Shown here in pieces: positions 12,531 through 25,394 of a DNA stretch of 64,000 bases. The stretch covers positions 45,696,001 to 45,760,000 of the forward strand of contig NW_024704743.1 in NCBI RefSeq assembly GCF_018977255.1, in the 5' to 3' direction. The notes beneath the pieces were generated by a model that saw only the letters and a program-made list of their open reading frames with translations, searched no databases and was not told the DNA's origin. Each line of letters opens with the position of its first letter. Positions within the stretch are counted from its first letter, which is position 1. The DNA comes from Callorhinchus milii. Its lineage: Eukaryota. Made by a program: the position numbers and the translations under genes.

Positions 12531-14058
12531 GCTTCAAAATTAAGGCTGTACTGTATTTTTTTTTAAATGTCCAATTCTCGACACTCTAAATAGAGTAAAT
12601 TAGAGAGAGGCAAACTTCTCCCCATTTACAGACTCCATAAAGTGCATAGTTCAGAAAGGTGAACATTTGAAGTGGAGTACTTAAAGAAAAAAACAAAACC
12701 TGCTTGAAAGGTTTAACGTTGTTATATTTAGAATAGGACATACGCAGTGGAGAGTTACACATTGCAATCCAATCTTAAGGTTTGGGTGACATTATATACT
12801 GAAGAGCAAAGATCAAATGATTCATGAATATCATTTGAATCTTAAGTGTGGATTACAACCTTTGACAATCAGCTCATTGAACCGCTTTACGGAAACATTG
12901 AAACGTTCCTTCTTTCGGGGATCTCTCTGATGTCTTCTCTGTTCCACTTTGCTCAGCTTTTTCTCTTCAAACATGACAGCATTCTGACTGAGAAATGTAC
13001 TAGCCCATAATAGATGTCATCAACTTCAGTTAAATTGATCAACCTACATCTGTTGTAAAAAAGATTTATTTAGGAAAAGAAATACCAACTATTTTTAAAA
13101 GGCTATTGACCTCTTGGGTATGGGTTTTATTTCAGCTCGGAAATAATTTATTTTTAGATTTGATTACCCTTTAACCAAATTGCAGAAAAGCACCCCTTAC
13201 TTTCCACTATGAATTTTCTATTTGCCACATCAAAATTAACACGATACAAACTGCTTTGTTGGATGTATTTCATCCAATACTTGATAGGAAAAATAATTTT
13301 AGCTTCCAGTCTTGCTTTGTGGTTGAAGATTGTCTAATTGTGTTCTGGTTTGCTCACAATCATATCATTTCTGCCTTTCTGCAATTTAAAGTCCTGAATC
13401 ATGTTCCCCTCACAATCTTTTTTTCCAGTGAAAATGAGTTCAGCTGTATAAGCATCTCCTGGTAATTTAGTGCGCTAATTCCTTGATTCAAATGTGATGT
13501 GCCTCCCTGAACCTCTCTAATTCCTATTTTTTTTAAATAACATTTTTGATGTGTCCCTTCAAGGAGAAAGAGTGCGCTTTCCATTCCAGCAATCTATCTC
13601 TGGGATTTCCATTCTCACCTTGGTTTCCGCATGTGTCAGTGAAAGCAGAAAATGTAATTTGTTTCAAGAACAAATTAGATAGATTTCTCCTGGAAAATAA
13701 TATCTCAGGATACAGCATTTAGTTTGGGACACTGACACGCAAAACGACTGCCAGGATGGTGGAAGGCAAACTAGAAGGACCTTGGACTTCTTTCACCTAG
13801 CAAATAGATTCTGTCTGACCTTTGAAAAAAAAGGGTGAATTTTCAGTACACGCAGTTCTGCAAAATGTTATCCTTTTAAACTCAAGTAGTGCTCACGCTG
13901 ACATGTCCACTATTAAAACATTGAACACACAGTACCAATGTGATAATATAAGATGGAGATTCCATTCTTTGCTTGTAAACCAGGAGAAAGCCCAAACGCA
14001 GTCCCCACTACCACAAATTTTGCAGTCGAGTAGCCCGCATTTAAGGACATCGCAGGCA

Positions 14059-15895
14059 TCAGATGTGGGGTAGAAAGGATAGTTGAGGATCAAACAAGAC
14101 CCCAATGTTCCAGACTGGCTTAGTAAGGTGGAGTGTGCAACCATGGATGGTGATGCTCTCAGCACCTGAGGTGAGGAGGCGCTGACGGGAGACAATCAGG
14201 AGAGCCTCGGTCTTGTTGACGTTCAACTGAAGAGAGTTAGCACTCATCCAGGACTTAGTGTCTGACAGACATTCTGTCAGGACAGCAGTGGTCCTGGAGT
14301 CAAGGGTGGAGGTAGAGAGGTAGAGTTGGGTGTCATCTGCATACATTTGGAAATTGACCCCATTTCTGCAAATGATGTCACCAAGAGGGAGTACATAGAT
14401 ATTAAAGAGGAGGGGACCAAGGACAGAGCCCTAAGGAATGCTGCACAAGACGGTGTGGGGGTGAGAGGAGAAGCCATTTGCGGAGATGAAGTGGAGGCGG
14501 TGTGAGAGGTATGATCTGAACCAGTCAAAGACAGAGCCATGAAGGCTGAGGTGAGAGGAGAGGCGGTGGATGAGGATAGAGTGGTCGACGGTGTCGAAGG
14601 CAGCAGAGAGGTCAAGGAGAACAAGGAGGCAGAGGGAGCCCTGGTCGCAGATGACAAAATGTCATTTGTCACTTTGACCAGGGCGGTTTCTGTGCTGTGG
14701 GCGTCACGGAAACCCGATTGGAGGGGTTCGAGAAGGGAGTGGCTGGAGAGGAAGGAAGGAAGCTGAAAAGCAACAATCGTTCCAGGACCTTGGAGAGGAA
14801 GGGGAGGTTGGAGATGGGGCGGTAGTTAGGGAGTAGAGAAGGGTCCAGGGAAGGTTTTTTAAGGATAGGAGTGATGACAGTGGTTTTTAAAGCAGTGGGA
14901 ACAGTACCAGTGGACAGGGAGAGGCTTATGATGTCAGTGAGTAGAGGGGCAAGGAGGTGGAGCTGGGAGATAAGGAGTGGGGTAGGGATGGGGTCAAGAG
15001 AGCGGGTGGTCAGTTTCATACGAATTATGGTCGTGATGAGAGAGGAGGGGGAGACAGGTTCAAAGGTGTGGAGGGAGGGAAGGGTAGGGGCCAGGGTGGG
15101 AGGGGGAGATGGGGAGGGAATAGCAGTTGCAGTGACAGAGGCAGCTGAGTAGATTCCTTCGACTTTGGATTCGAAGAAGTCTAGGATTGCCTCGCAGTTG
15201 GCATTTGAGGTGAGGATGGGTGAGGTGTGAGAGAGTGGGCGGAGGAGCCGGTTCGTGATGGAGAAGAGGAGCCTGGGGTTGTTCTTAGCCTCCAAGATTG
15301 TCTTGGAGTAGAACGACAATTTAGCGGAGGTGAGGGCAGAACGGTAGGATTTGATATGGTCCAGCCAGATCTGCAGCTGGACCGTTAAATTTGATGTAAG
15401 CCAGCTATGCTCAGCGGCATGCACCTGCGCTTTAAGGGAGTGGAGGTGGCTGGTGTACCATGCTGACTTACGTGAATAGGAGACGGTTCGGGAAGAGAGG
15501 GGAGCAAGGGAATCGAGATTGGAGGCGAGAGAGCTGTGGAGAAGAGTGACCGAGGAAGATAGGTCATTGTGGGAGGAAGCCCAGAGGGGAAGGAGTTCAG
15601 ATGACTCCGAGGCAGCCGAGAGGGAGGGGGGGAGCCTTTTTTCCTGGGGTGATATGAGATGGATGTGTGTTGGGTGGCGGTGGGGAGAGGGATTGAGGAG
15701 TTAAGAGATAAAGTGATGGTCCAAGATCGCTTTGTTGATGATGGTGAGGTCTGAGACGGTGAGGTTTCAAGTGATCACCAGGTCAAGGGGATAACCGCGG
15801 ACATGTGTGGCGGAGTGGATGTAGAGGGAGAGATTGAGGGAGGAGATAAGGAAAGAAAAGTCAGCAGAGGTAGAGCAGGGTGAAGTGAAGAGAAA
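14059..15895 (-). mobile_element. degenerate L2 retrotransposon fragment (end of APE endonuclease, linker and RT), 3' end missing
   Basis: ORFs 14669-15424 and 14059-14346 are collinear with the 4049 ORF ([38 protein letters not shown]). THVRGYPLDLVIT endonuclease motif at about 15775-15812. Several frameshifts and stops. Confidence 0.93.
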
Positions 15896-16803
15896 TAATC
15901 ACTGCTCAGTACAGTTGTGGAGCTTACTACTGAGCTCCCTTTAGTGATCCTTTGGGAAAACAACAAAATGTGATTACTAAAGCTCAATAAAAAAGACGTA
16001 ATTATTAACTAACAATTAATTTTAAAAAAGTAAATCTCATGCATGTTGCAAATTACTCCAAATTCAAATATAGGAGAGGTATTAATTGGTGAAAGTTACA
16101 GTAGAGAGCTGTGGGCTACAATCCTATGAACCCAACCTATGATGTGTCCATGATGGAAATCCAATCTATCATCAATTGCAATCGAGCAGTCAGAAATAGA
16201 ACAGTTTTGTGCGTTGGGTGTTGAAAGTACCTGAACTTAATAAATAGATGTCATCCTCACCATCCAGAGTAAACACCACATATCACAGTTCCATTCACAA
16301 AGTGCTTCTGGTAGAAAATGGGGTTTTGCTTTAATTCCTGCCAGTTTGCATTGTACATATTGAAAAAAACTGCAAATTCCTTGCTGTAAAGTAAATACTT
16401 GTGAGCACTGGTTGATCACACTTGTGTGTGATGCCACCTTATGGTTAAATAGTTTGTCAACACTCAGTGTTAGAGATAACACTAGGCAGAGGTAGTGAGA
16501 GTGCTGCTGGCTCCTCAACATGATTTGTTCTTCAGCTTGAGTCACCACCTAGAGGAGAAGCCGGGCAAGGGAAGAAAGTTGAGGGAAAATTGAAATTCAC
16601 ATCAGCTGTTGCGTTATGTTAACTTGTTTTTCCACTTTAATTCACGCTTCCAGAAACTTGTTATTAGCATGATACACTCACTCCATTTCACAGTAAATCC
16701 TTTGAAGCGCTTTGAGACGTTTTTCTGACATGATGAGGTGTTATACCAAATGCAAGGACTATTATCATGAAAGATCACCTTTGCAAGAAACATCCTCATT
16801 TCT

Positions 16804-17070
16804 GTGGAATCCTGTAGCTCAGCGGTTAGAGCACTCGCCTCGTGAGCAAGAGACCTTGGTTCAATTCCTGGCAGGGCGAAACCTTGGGCAAGTTTCCTTA
16901 CTAAATACGCCTGATAATAATCCCTCAAGAAAAAAATAATAATTTGGTCATTCAATCCACGATTATTTGCACTTTACACTTTACAGTTTATTCTGTGAAG
17001 CGCTTTGAGACGTCTAGAAGACGTGATAAACGCTATATCAAATGCAAGGATTATTATTATTATTGTTATT
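16804..17070 (+). mobile_element. tRNA-derived SINE, short form
   Basis: Same head; cacgcct joins directly to gataataatccctc, lacking the internal segment of about 60 bp. Confidence 0.88.
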
Positions 17071-18024
17071 ATTTCTGCAATAACAACTTGCATTTAAATA
17101 GCATCCATCATATGGGGTAATGTCTCTTTCACCATCCTGCCTCTGCAATCTCCTCTAGCCCCATTCCCCTGCCTCTCCCTATGTACCTCCAACTCTGATC
17201 TGCTGCTCATTCCTCAGTATCCCACCAGTGATGGCTGATCCCTCACCCACTGTGATCCATTCCCTGCATTTCCCTTCCCCTCATCCCGAGAAATTCTTTC
17301 AAAATTCTTTCAGCTTGTTTCTTCTATTGCTGCTTTCGTAAACCCTCTGAAAAACTCTCGTACTATATGCCTCCTAACTTCCCACACTGCTTGAGGATCC
17401 CCATATATTCTGGAGAGCACAACATGAAAGGCACTCTAATATAAAGTGCAAATTGTTGTCATTGGAAATTAACTGCTACTATATGGACTACAAAAGGTGT
17501 CAGCCAGTTGTCTAACACATGTGAAAACCCATCCCTGTTTAAGAGTATCCAGACCAGACTGAGAATTCCATGCATCCTATCTATATATAGAAATGTTGTA
17601 ACTGTAATGGAATACACACTCTCACCACAGGGACGCACTCTGCTTACCTAATATCGGACAATATTAGGTACAGGTTGTTTAACCAGCTAAAACCGCATAA
17701 CTTGTCATAACAGTACTGGATAATGCATCTTGGATTAAGATGGAGAGGGAAGGAAGCACCTTCACAAATAAAAAAACAGGAGGTTCCATTATCAACAAAT
17801 ATCAGACGTATCAGCGTCTCGGCTATGAAAGATCAGAAAAAGGGTGTTTTTATACATCAACAAAAATGAGTGAATGGAGTCTCTGGAGAGCAGCTGGAAC
17901 AACTGGTAAAAGCTTTTAAAGATCTTGGCACCTATAGAACTTCTTCAGAAATGGTTTGATCACCATCAAATTTCCTTTTTTCAATATTGTAAAAACACTG
18001 TTGTGACAATCCTGGCATAGTTCT

Positions 18025-18232
18025 TTTTGTTAGTTGATTGGCGGATTGCTTTTCAGGGTAATAATCTCTTCAAAAAAATAATAATGTCACTCAATCATGA
18101 CTGTCTGTTGGACACTGCTGTGCGCAATTAGCTGGGTTTCACCCACAAAGTATACAGTCAATTCACTTTACAGTATATTCTGTAAAGCACCTTGAGACAT
18201 GATAAGGCACTATATCAAATGTGAGGATTATT
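18025..18232 (+). mobile_element. 5'-truncated long-form SINE
   Basis: Starts in the internal segment (ttgttagttgattggcggattgc). Confidence 0.8.
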
Positions 18233-18631
18233 TTTATCACATCATTGAGATGTCTCAAAGCGATTTACAGGATATACTGTAAAGTAGAGTGATCGTGTAT
18301 TTTGTGGACAAAATAAGGCAGACAGCTGTGCACAGCAGTGTCCCACAAACAGTCATGAAGTGAGTGACCAATTTTATTTTTGGTATCATTGGCCAGTACA
18401 CCAGCAGAAACTCCTTTCTCTTTTCGAATAGTGCCATGGGATCTTTAATATCAACCTGAAAAGACAAATGGACCTGGGTTTAAAATTTCATCCAAAGGAT
18501 GGCATCTCTGACAATACAACACATCTCCAGCACTGCAGTGAAGTGTCAATTTAGACTATGTGATTCCAAGTCCCGACGTGGGCTTGAACCTTCTGACTCA
18601 GAGATGAGAGTGCTACCACTGGGCTAGGCTG
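18233..18631 (-). mobile_element. DeuSINE, near full length
   Basis: Reverse complement of the 2433-2850 structure, including the head cttctgactcagag. Confidence 0.82.
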
Positions 18632-19189
18632 TAGTGAGGGAATATGTTTTGATCCATGTTGTGAAAATAATAATACTTGCATTTGATATAGCGCCTTATC
18701 ACATCTTCGATACGTCTCAAAGCGCTTCACAGAATATACTGTAAAGTGAATTGACTGTATATTTTGTGGCAAGATGTGGCAGTCAATTGCACACAGCAGT
18801 GCCCCACTCACAGTCGTGGATTGAGTGACCAAATCATTATTATTATTTTTATAACTATCCTGTTGCATATTGCTCACATGTTAAGTTTCTCACATCATTT
18901 AGATACATAATTAATAATAATTCTTACATGTGATATAGTGCCTTCACGTCCAGGAGGAAGTCTCAAAGCACTCCACAGGATACACTTAAAGTATAGCGAG
19001 TTTATATTTTGGTGTAATCCTCTTTGGGGGGGGGGGGGGGGGGGAAGCGGGGTCTCCTTGGAGCTGAACTGGCTCCAAGGTGACATGCCTGGCAATGGAA
19101 TGCCGGAATCGAGCCAACCTCTGTGGCAGCAATGGGTAGTCTGGTTCCTGAGCCAGGCAGGTCTGCAGTATTCCATGGCACTGCTGATG

Positions 19190-19505
19190 ATGATAATAAT
19201 AATCCTTGCATTTTATATAGTGCATTTCACATCTACTAGATGTCTCAAAGTTCCTCACAGAATATACTGGAAAGTGAATTGACTGTATATTTGTGGGCGA
19301 AACGCGGCTGCCAATTGCACACAGCAGCGACCCACAAACAGTCGTGGATTGAAGTGACCAAATTATTATTGTTTTTTTTCTTGAGAGATTATTATCAGGC
19401 GTGTGGAGTAAGGAAACTTGCCCAAGGTTTCGGCCTGCCGGGAATCGAACCCAGGTCTTTCGCTTGTGAGGCAAGTGCTCTAACCACTGAGCTACAGGAC
19501 TCCAC
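19190..19505 (-). mobile_element. tRNA-derived SINE, short form
   Basis: Full reverse-complement copy ending ctgagctacaggactccac. Confidence 0.92.
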
Positions 19506-19950
19506 AATGTGATTACAGCACAGCCAGCCTGGCTCATCGGCAGGACCTGGAAGGACAGACCAGTCACTGGGGGCAGGCAGTCATCCCACTCAGCTCCTGT
19601 TAATACCACAAGCCAAAGCCCTAACGGGTAGGCTGGTCTGAGCTGGACAAGCAGCGAGAAAGCTTGCCAGACAGCAATATCAATGGCAAGCTATGCGGTT
19701 TTAAGTGGTTAGAATCCAGCAACACCCCAGTGCACACTCTGGGGTCCTCAAGCATTGGTTCTTGCCAAACTGCTCCTAATAGTTTCAGGAATTAGGTAAG
19801 CAGGATGCATCCCTCCAGGGAGAGTGTGCATTCAATTCCAACAAACTATCTCTGGGATTTCCATGTGGAGGTGGAATGCATGGAAATCTCAGCTTGGTTT
19901 GTTGAGTTTCCGCATGTACCAGACACCCAGCTGACCAAAAATAAAATACA
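19506..19950 (+). mobile_element. unnamed dispersed repeat (other copies at 13545-13640 +, 17500-17710 -, 22055-22340 -, 27780-27878 -, 28470-28545 -, 31030-31070 +)
   Basis: Shared motifs caagctatgcggtttt, ggggtcc.caagc, attaggtaagcaggatgcatccc, ggagagtgtgcattc, ctatctctgggatttccat, cagacacccagctgaccaaaaataaa. Confidence 0.7.
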
Positions 19951-20344
19951 AAATATTTTGGTAGGAGAACGAGGCAATGTTTCACAAAGAGCTATATAGG
20001 GTATACGATATAAGAGAAATTATCTTGTAATACAAAACATAGTAAGGAGCTGAAAACTTAATTCATGCACAACTCAAGTATGGCCACTAGATGTCAGATG
20101 AGAGCTACTAACTGTTAAATGGTCACCATACCACACACTGAAACTCAATCTCTATGTTAACCACAAATATTACTTCAGCGGAAATCTTACCTTAACTGAA
20201 AAGGGTCACATCCTGGTGTAGTTCTTTTTTGAAAAACCTCTCCTCCCAAAAAGAGTACAATTGGAAAATGCAAATATTTTAGTTATACACCAGCTTGCTT
20301 CAATTTATGAATTGGCATCTTTTGAGTTATGAGTAACAATAAGA

Positions 20345-21087
20345 CAAGCTGAGACTCTGGTAGTCATGGAGAGAAGACAGCTCAGAGAGAACTCCATAGA
20401 GGTGTGTAAATTTTTTAAATGGGATTAAAAAAGTGACCTCAGATCAATACTTCAACAACAACAACAACTTGGATTTATATAGCTCCCTCCACGCCGGACG
20501 GCGTCTCAGAGCGCTTCACAGTAACATATACCAGGGCCGAGCCAGGGGGAGGGGGAGGACGGTGACCAAAGGCGCGGTCAAAAAGAAAGGTCTTCAGCAG
20601 AGACCTGAAAATAGGAAGAGAGGGGGTGAGGTGAAAGGAGTGAGGAAGGGAGTTCCAGAGCCTTGGGACACAGTGGCTGAAAGCACGGCCGCCAAGAGTG
20701 GAACGGAGGACTCGGGGGACAAGGAGGAAGCCAGGCCCAGTGGAACGAAGGCAACGGGCACTGTTGTGAGGAGAGAGGAGGTCAGAGAGGTCGGGGGATG
20801 AGGGGGGTACTTTAGAATGTACCAAGACAGTAGAAACAAGAAGACATTGGTTTAGATTTGTGAATGGCAATTTCAGAACAGACATCTGGAAGTATTTATT
20901 TTCCAGAGGATAATTAATGACTGGAACAGATTACCAGGTAAGGGAGTTGAAGCCAGGGAATCGGACTCATTTAAAAAGCAGCTTGATGCAGTGATGGGAG
21001 GCTGCTGGATTTTGTGAAAATATGAGATTGGATGCATTGAAAGGACTTCTTCATCCAAACCAATCATGTGACTTGTGATCTTGTTCT
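20345..21087 (+). mobile_element. decayed CR1 3' fragment (interrupted by L2 at 20453-20807)
   Basis: ggagagaagacagctcagagaga..., aagtatttattttccagagg...tggaacagattacca, tcatttaaaaagcagcttgat are CR1 C-terminal motifs. Confidence 0.7.
20453..20807 (-). mobile_element. L2 3' fragment (second subfamily) inserted into a CR1 fragment
   Basis: ORF 20475-20885 contains LGGRAFSHCVPRLWNSLP...LKTFLFDRAF; (TTG)n tail; flanked by TACTT at 20448-20452 and 20808-20812. Confidence 0.88.
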
Positions 21088-21331
21088 CCATCCCCCAGTG
21101 CCTTCGCCTTGCTTCCTCCCTTTCCTCCTTCAAGGCCGGTCTCAAGACCTTTCTCTTCGACCGTGCCTTCAGCTCCCCTCTCGACTCTCTACCCCCTCCT
21201 CGCTCCCTCCCTTCCCTCCCCTCACCCTGACCATTTCCCCCCTGCTCGGGTCCTGACCCAACGGTCCAGCGCCTTGGGACGTCCTTCCAACGTGAAAGGC
21301 GCTCTATAAATGAAATCTTGTTGTTGTTGTT
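21088..21331 (+). mobile_element. 3' end of the young L2 family
   Basis: Near-identical to 5900-6190, with (TTG)n tail. Confidence 0.9.
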
Positions 21332-22831
21332 CTCGTTTCCTGTGCTTGTTATCCCAGAGAGCCTTAGTTCCTGTTGCTGTGGTGTTTCCCTGCTACAGTA
21401 ATGAATCATGTGAATGATAATACTGTAAAGAGCTGATTATCTACTGGGACTGTCCCCATTGAGGATGAGCCAAATAGTATGGATAATTGGATATCATACA
21501 AAAACTAAATTGGCTGAAGTGCTAATCAAAAATTGTTCCACCAGGAGTTATACTGTCACTATAGAACCACACTGTGCTAGCCATTATCTCACTCCATTAT
21601 TCCCTCTCTCTCTCCTGCTTTCTCTGTTTCTTTGGGTCTGACTGACTAATTTTCAATCTCCCAAAACAACAACTCGTACTTGCACAGAGCTGTCACAAAT
21701 GCCTGTAACAAAGAAGAATGTTTCAAAGTGCTGAACAGAAGTGCAATGGGAGCTGTCTCTGGCTGTTTCAATGTGATTGTCTTTAACTTTCTGTCTATGA
21801 CTTTCTTTTCATCATTTTTCCTGATGCTAATCCTACACTACACACTATTTAGTAAACCCTTTCTGTTAATGGCAAAAAAATATCCTCTTGTGCACATGAG
21901 TGAAGCTGCATGCACATTTGCAAGATAATTGAGCCCTTGGTTTACCCATGAAGCGTGACTTTTAGTAACAGGCGAGCAAACAAATATTTTTGCTGGTGTT
22001 GCAGCCCCATATCCTTTTCCCGAAGGAAGCTGATAAGTGGACACTCAGATAATTGGATTTTCTTTGATCTGGCACATGTCTGACATTGGTGGTAACCAAT
22101 CACCGTGCTTAAACATATCCAAACCAGAACTGAGAGCTCCATATATGCCACCAACACATGGAATATCCCTTGTTTGAAATGGAATGCACACTTTCTCCCC
22201 AGCGGGATGTATCCTGCTTACCTAATTTTGCAGTGTATTAGGTGCAGGTTGGCAAACCCTAAGGGTTGGGGACCCTAAGGTGTATGTTGGGGTACTGCTT
22301 GGAGGAGTTTAAGCAGCTACAACTGCGTAGCTTGACATTTTTGTGTAAAGTTATGAGTGGGAAACTTCTTCCAGAATCAAATGAAACATGTATTTATAAT
22401 TTTTTGTATTTCAATCATAGCTGATTTTGGAAGATCAACAGGGTCAGTCACTTCTGGTTCAAACTTGGGAGATGATCTAGAATTACGAAGTGCTACATAC
22501 TTTTCTTGCCACTAGAGGGTAATCAAATCAATGCAGATTGATATTGTACTCCATTTCCTTGGCTTTTTCATGGTTGCGTTTTACCAAAATTACCATGAAA
22601 TGCCATTCATGAATTGTTATTCTTGTTTGAATTTTGCATGTTAGTGTTGAAGACATCCTCCTTTATATTTTCATTTTATTCATGTGGGCCTTGATTTGGC
22701 AGCAAGCTGAATTTCAGTAATGCTTCATCCACTGTGCAATTGGCCCAGTTGACATTTGCTGACATTTACTTAGACCAATTGATCAAAGGTTCCAAGTTTT
22801 TGAGTTGTTAGCTTGCAAGGTTATTATGATA

Positions 22832-23155
22832 AATGATAATCTTTGCATTTGATATAGTGCCTTTAACATCAAAACCCCTGGAAGTGCTTCTCAGTCAAGT
22901 ACACTTACTCTATTTATAGACAATCACAACAGCCAATTTGGGCACAGCATGGTCCCACAGACAGTCATAAAGTTTATTTATTTGTAGGATTGGCCAGGGC
23001 ACTTGGAGAAATACCCTTTTTGTTTCAGATATTGTCCTGGGATCTTTCACTTGTACCTGAGTAGCCAGGACCTTGGTTTAGCATGATATCTGAAGCACAG
23101 CACCTCCAACAACACAGCACACCCCAACACTGCACTGAATCATCAGCCTAGACTC
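22832..23155 (-). mobile_element. DeuSINE (head remnant near 23300-23345)
   Basis: Deu core and tail. Confidence 0.7.
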
Positions 23156-24014
23156 TGCAATCTTAGCTTCCTTTTTACCCATTCAGGACGGAATCACACT
23201 ATGATTGGATTCAGTAACAAGCACGAAACCACATGGTTGCCAGCTATTTGTTCCACTTTACAGTAATCTCCAGACAAGTTCTGGCATGCGGCGTGGAACC
23301 ACAGGCAAAAAGAGGTGAGAATGCTACCAACTGAGGTAGGCTGATGGCATTTAACATGTCACCACCATTTCCCCCCCTTTCCCACCCCCAGCCCCCACAG
23401 GAGGACAGTCAGAATGGAATGAAGGGATTTCTCAGAGCGAGATCAGATTGAGATCTCTGATGACCAATCACATGCCACTTTTTCTTTTTGTTCCAGACAA
23501 GTATTAACAAGTTCTGCTCTGAGACAATTGGAGTCAGTGTTGTATACAGGAGGAGGAGTTTGACCTGGTTTCCCAGCTCCCAGCTTGAGCACAGCAGAAT
23601 TCCTAGAACAAATACTACCCTTTAGAGTCTTTTCAGGTTATGCTGAATACATTAAGTATCAGCTAAACAGATCACTGAATCTGTCTTGAACACATCCACT
23701 TAAACATTAGCAAAACAATAGCCAGTAATGCTCCCTTATTTTGGCAATCACAGGCATTCAGTAATGCTAACTTCCTTCTCATCCATTGAGGCTAGAGTCA
23801 CGCAGTGATTAGATTATGGAATTAACACTGAGCCGCATGAGTCCCAGTTATATGTTCCTTTTTAAAATAATCTCCAGACAAATGACGTCTGGGACCCAAA
23901 CTTCCAACTAATCTCAGGCTGAAGAGCTATTCTAGTGTTAAATATTGTTGCAGGATTGTGGAAAATTCTTAAACTCAGTCTCAATTTTGAAGGCTGCTTA
24001 ATTTTTAATATTTA

Positions 24015-24567
24015 TAATATTACTAATCCTTGCATTTGATATAACTAATCATACAACAATGTCCCACAAACAATGAGTGACCAATTTTATTTGGAAGATT
24101 GTTGGTCAGAACGCCCGGAGCAACTCCCTTCTCTTTTTAAATAGTGCCATGGGATCTTTAACGTCCACCTGAACAGGCAGACGGGACCTTGGTTTAACGT
24201 CGCAGCCAAAGAATGGCATCTATGACATTGCAATATCCCCCCAGCACCGCATTAGAGTGGTGGCCAATCTTTTTGGTCGGCCAACAAAATCCATTTTCTC
24301 GATTGATTATTTCTTGATTTATGGCATAAATCAAGAAATATTCAATCAAGAAAAAGCTGGCAATACACTACAGATCAGTCATGGACGTCGACTAGTGCGA
24401 ATGATTCTGGGCCGTTTCTTGGCAGTATTGTAAGCTGGAACTGGCTTTTGGGACATACTTTGTCCGGCACTGGCTTAAACTATGTGATTCCAAGTCTTGG
24501 CGTGGGACTTGAACCCACAACCTTCTGACTCAGAGGTGAGAGTGCTGCTGCTGAGCCAGGCTGACAC
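24015..24567 (-). mobile_element. DeuSINE interrupted by an insert of about 210 bp (about 24258-24472)
   Basis: Core to ...ccagcaccgcattagagtg, then resumes gcttaaactatgtgattccaagtc...ttctgactcagag. Confidence 0.8.
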
Positions 24568-24671
24568 TATTTATGAAACCCAGCTTTAAAATGTTATGAA
24601 AAAAATTCCATAATTCTGCAGGATCTTAATTTCTTAATGGTATTACAAGTCAAGATTAGATGCAATTTAGG

Positions 24672-24890
24672 TGTTAGCCTGGCCCTGTTGGTAGTGCTCT
24701 TGCCTGTCTGTCAGGAGATTGTGGATTCAAGCCCCAAATCTAGACTTTGAGCTTATGGTCTAGGTTGAAACTGGCAATGCATTGCTGGGGCTGTGCTGCA
24801 TCATTGCGCCATCCCTCAGATGAGATGTTAAACCAAAGTTCCATCTGCTTGTTCAGGTGGATATTAAATATTCCACGGCATTATTTGTTG
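24672..24890 (+). mobile_element. DeuSINE 5' half
   Basis: Head and Deu core, head-to-head with the 24015-24567 copy. Confidence 0.7.
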
Positions 24891-25394
24891 CCTGACCAGA
24901 AATAGCTCTGATCAGAGCCCTGTACAGCGTACTCCAGGTAAGGTCTGATCAGACCCTTGTACACCATACTCCAGGTCTGATTAGAGCACTGTAAAACTTA
25001 AGCTTGACTTCTGGGGATCAAAATCTATTTGATTTGGTTGTGTAGTCCAGTATCTTGTTTGCCTTATTTGCCTTGTTTATTGCTGCCTTGTTTATTGCTC
25101 TCTCCCCCTCAATCCGTCTCCCCCATTCAGCAGTGTGCCAATCACAATCTGCAGCAGCAGGAGCCGGCGTTGTGAGGGACGCAGTGGATAAGGGCATGAG
25201 CTTGCCTTCCTGACAGAATGCAGTAATGGTTGGTATTATTTCCACTCTCCACGCTGTGTTCTCCCAGACGCCTGCTCCTGCCACTGCCCTGGGAGGACGT
25301 TCACCAGGGAGGGAGAAAGTGGAAGTTGGAATGTTGGAAATAGGAGCCTTCCTTGGCCAAATAAATTCAACCGTGGACCGTCAGTTGGACCACA

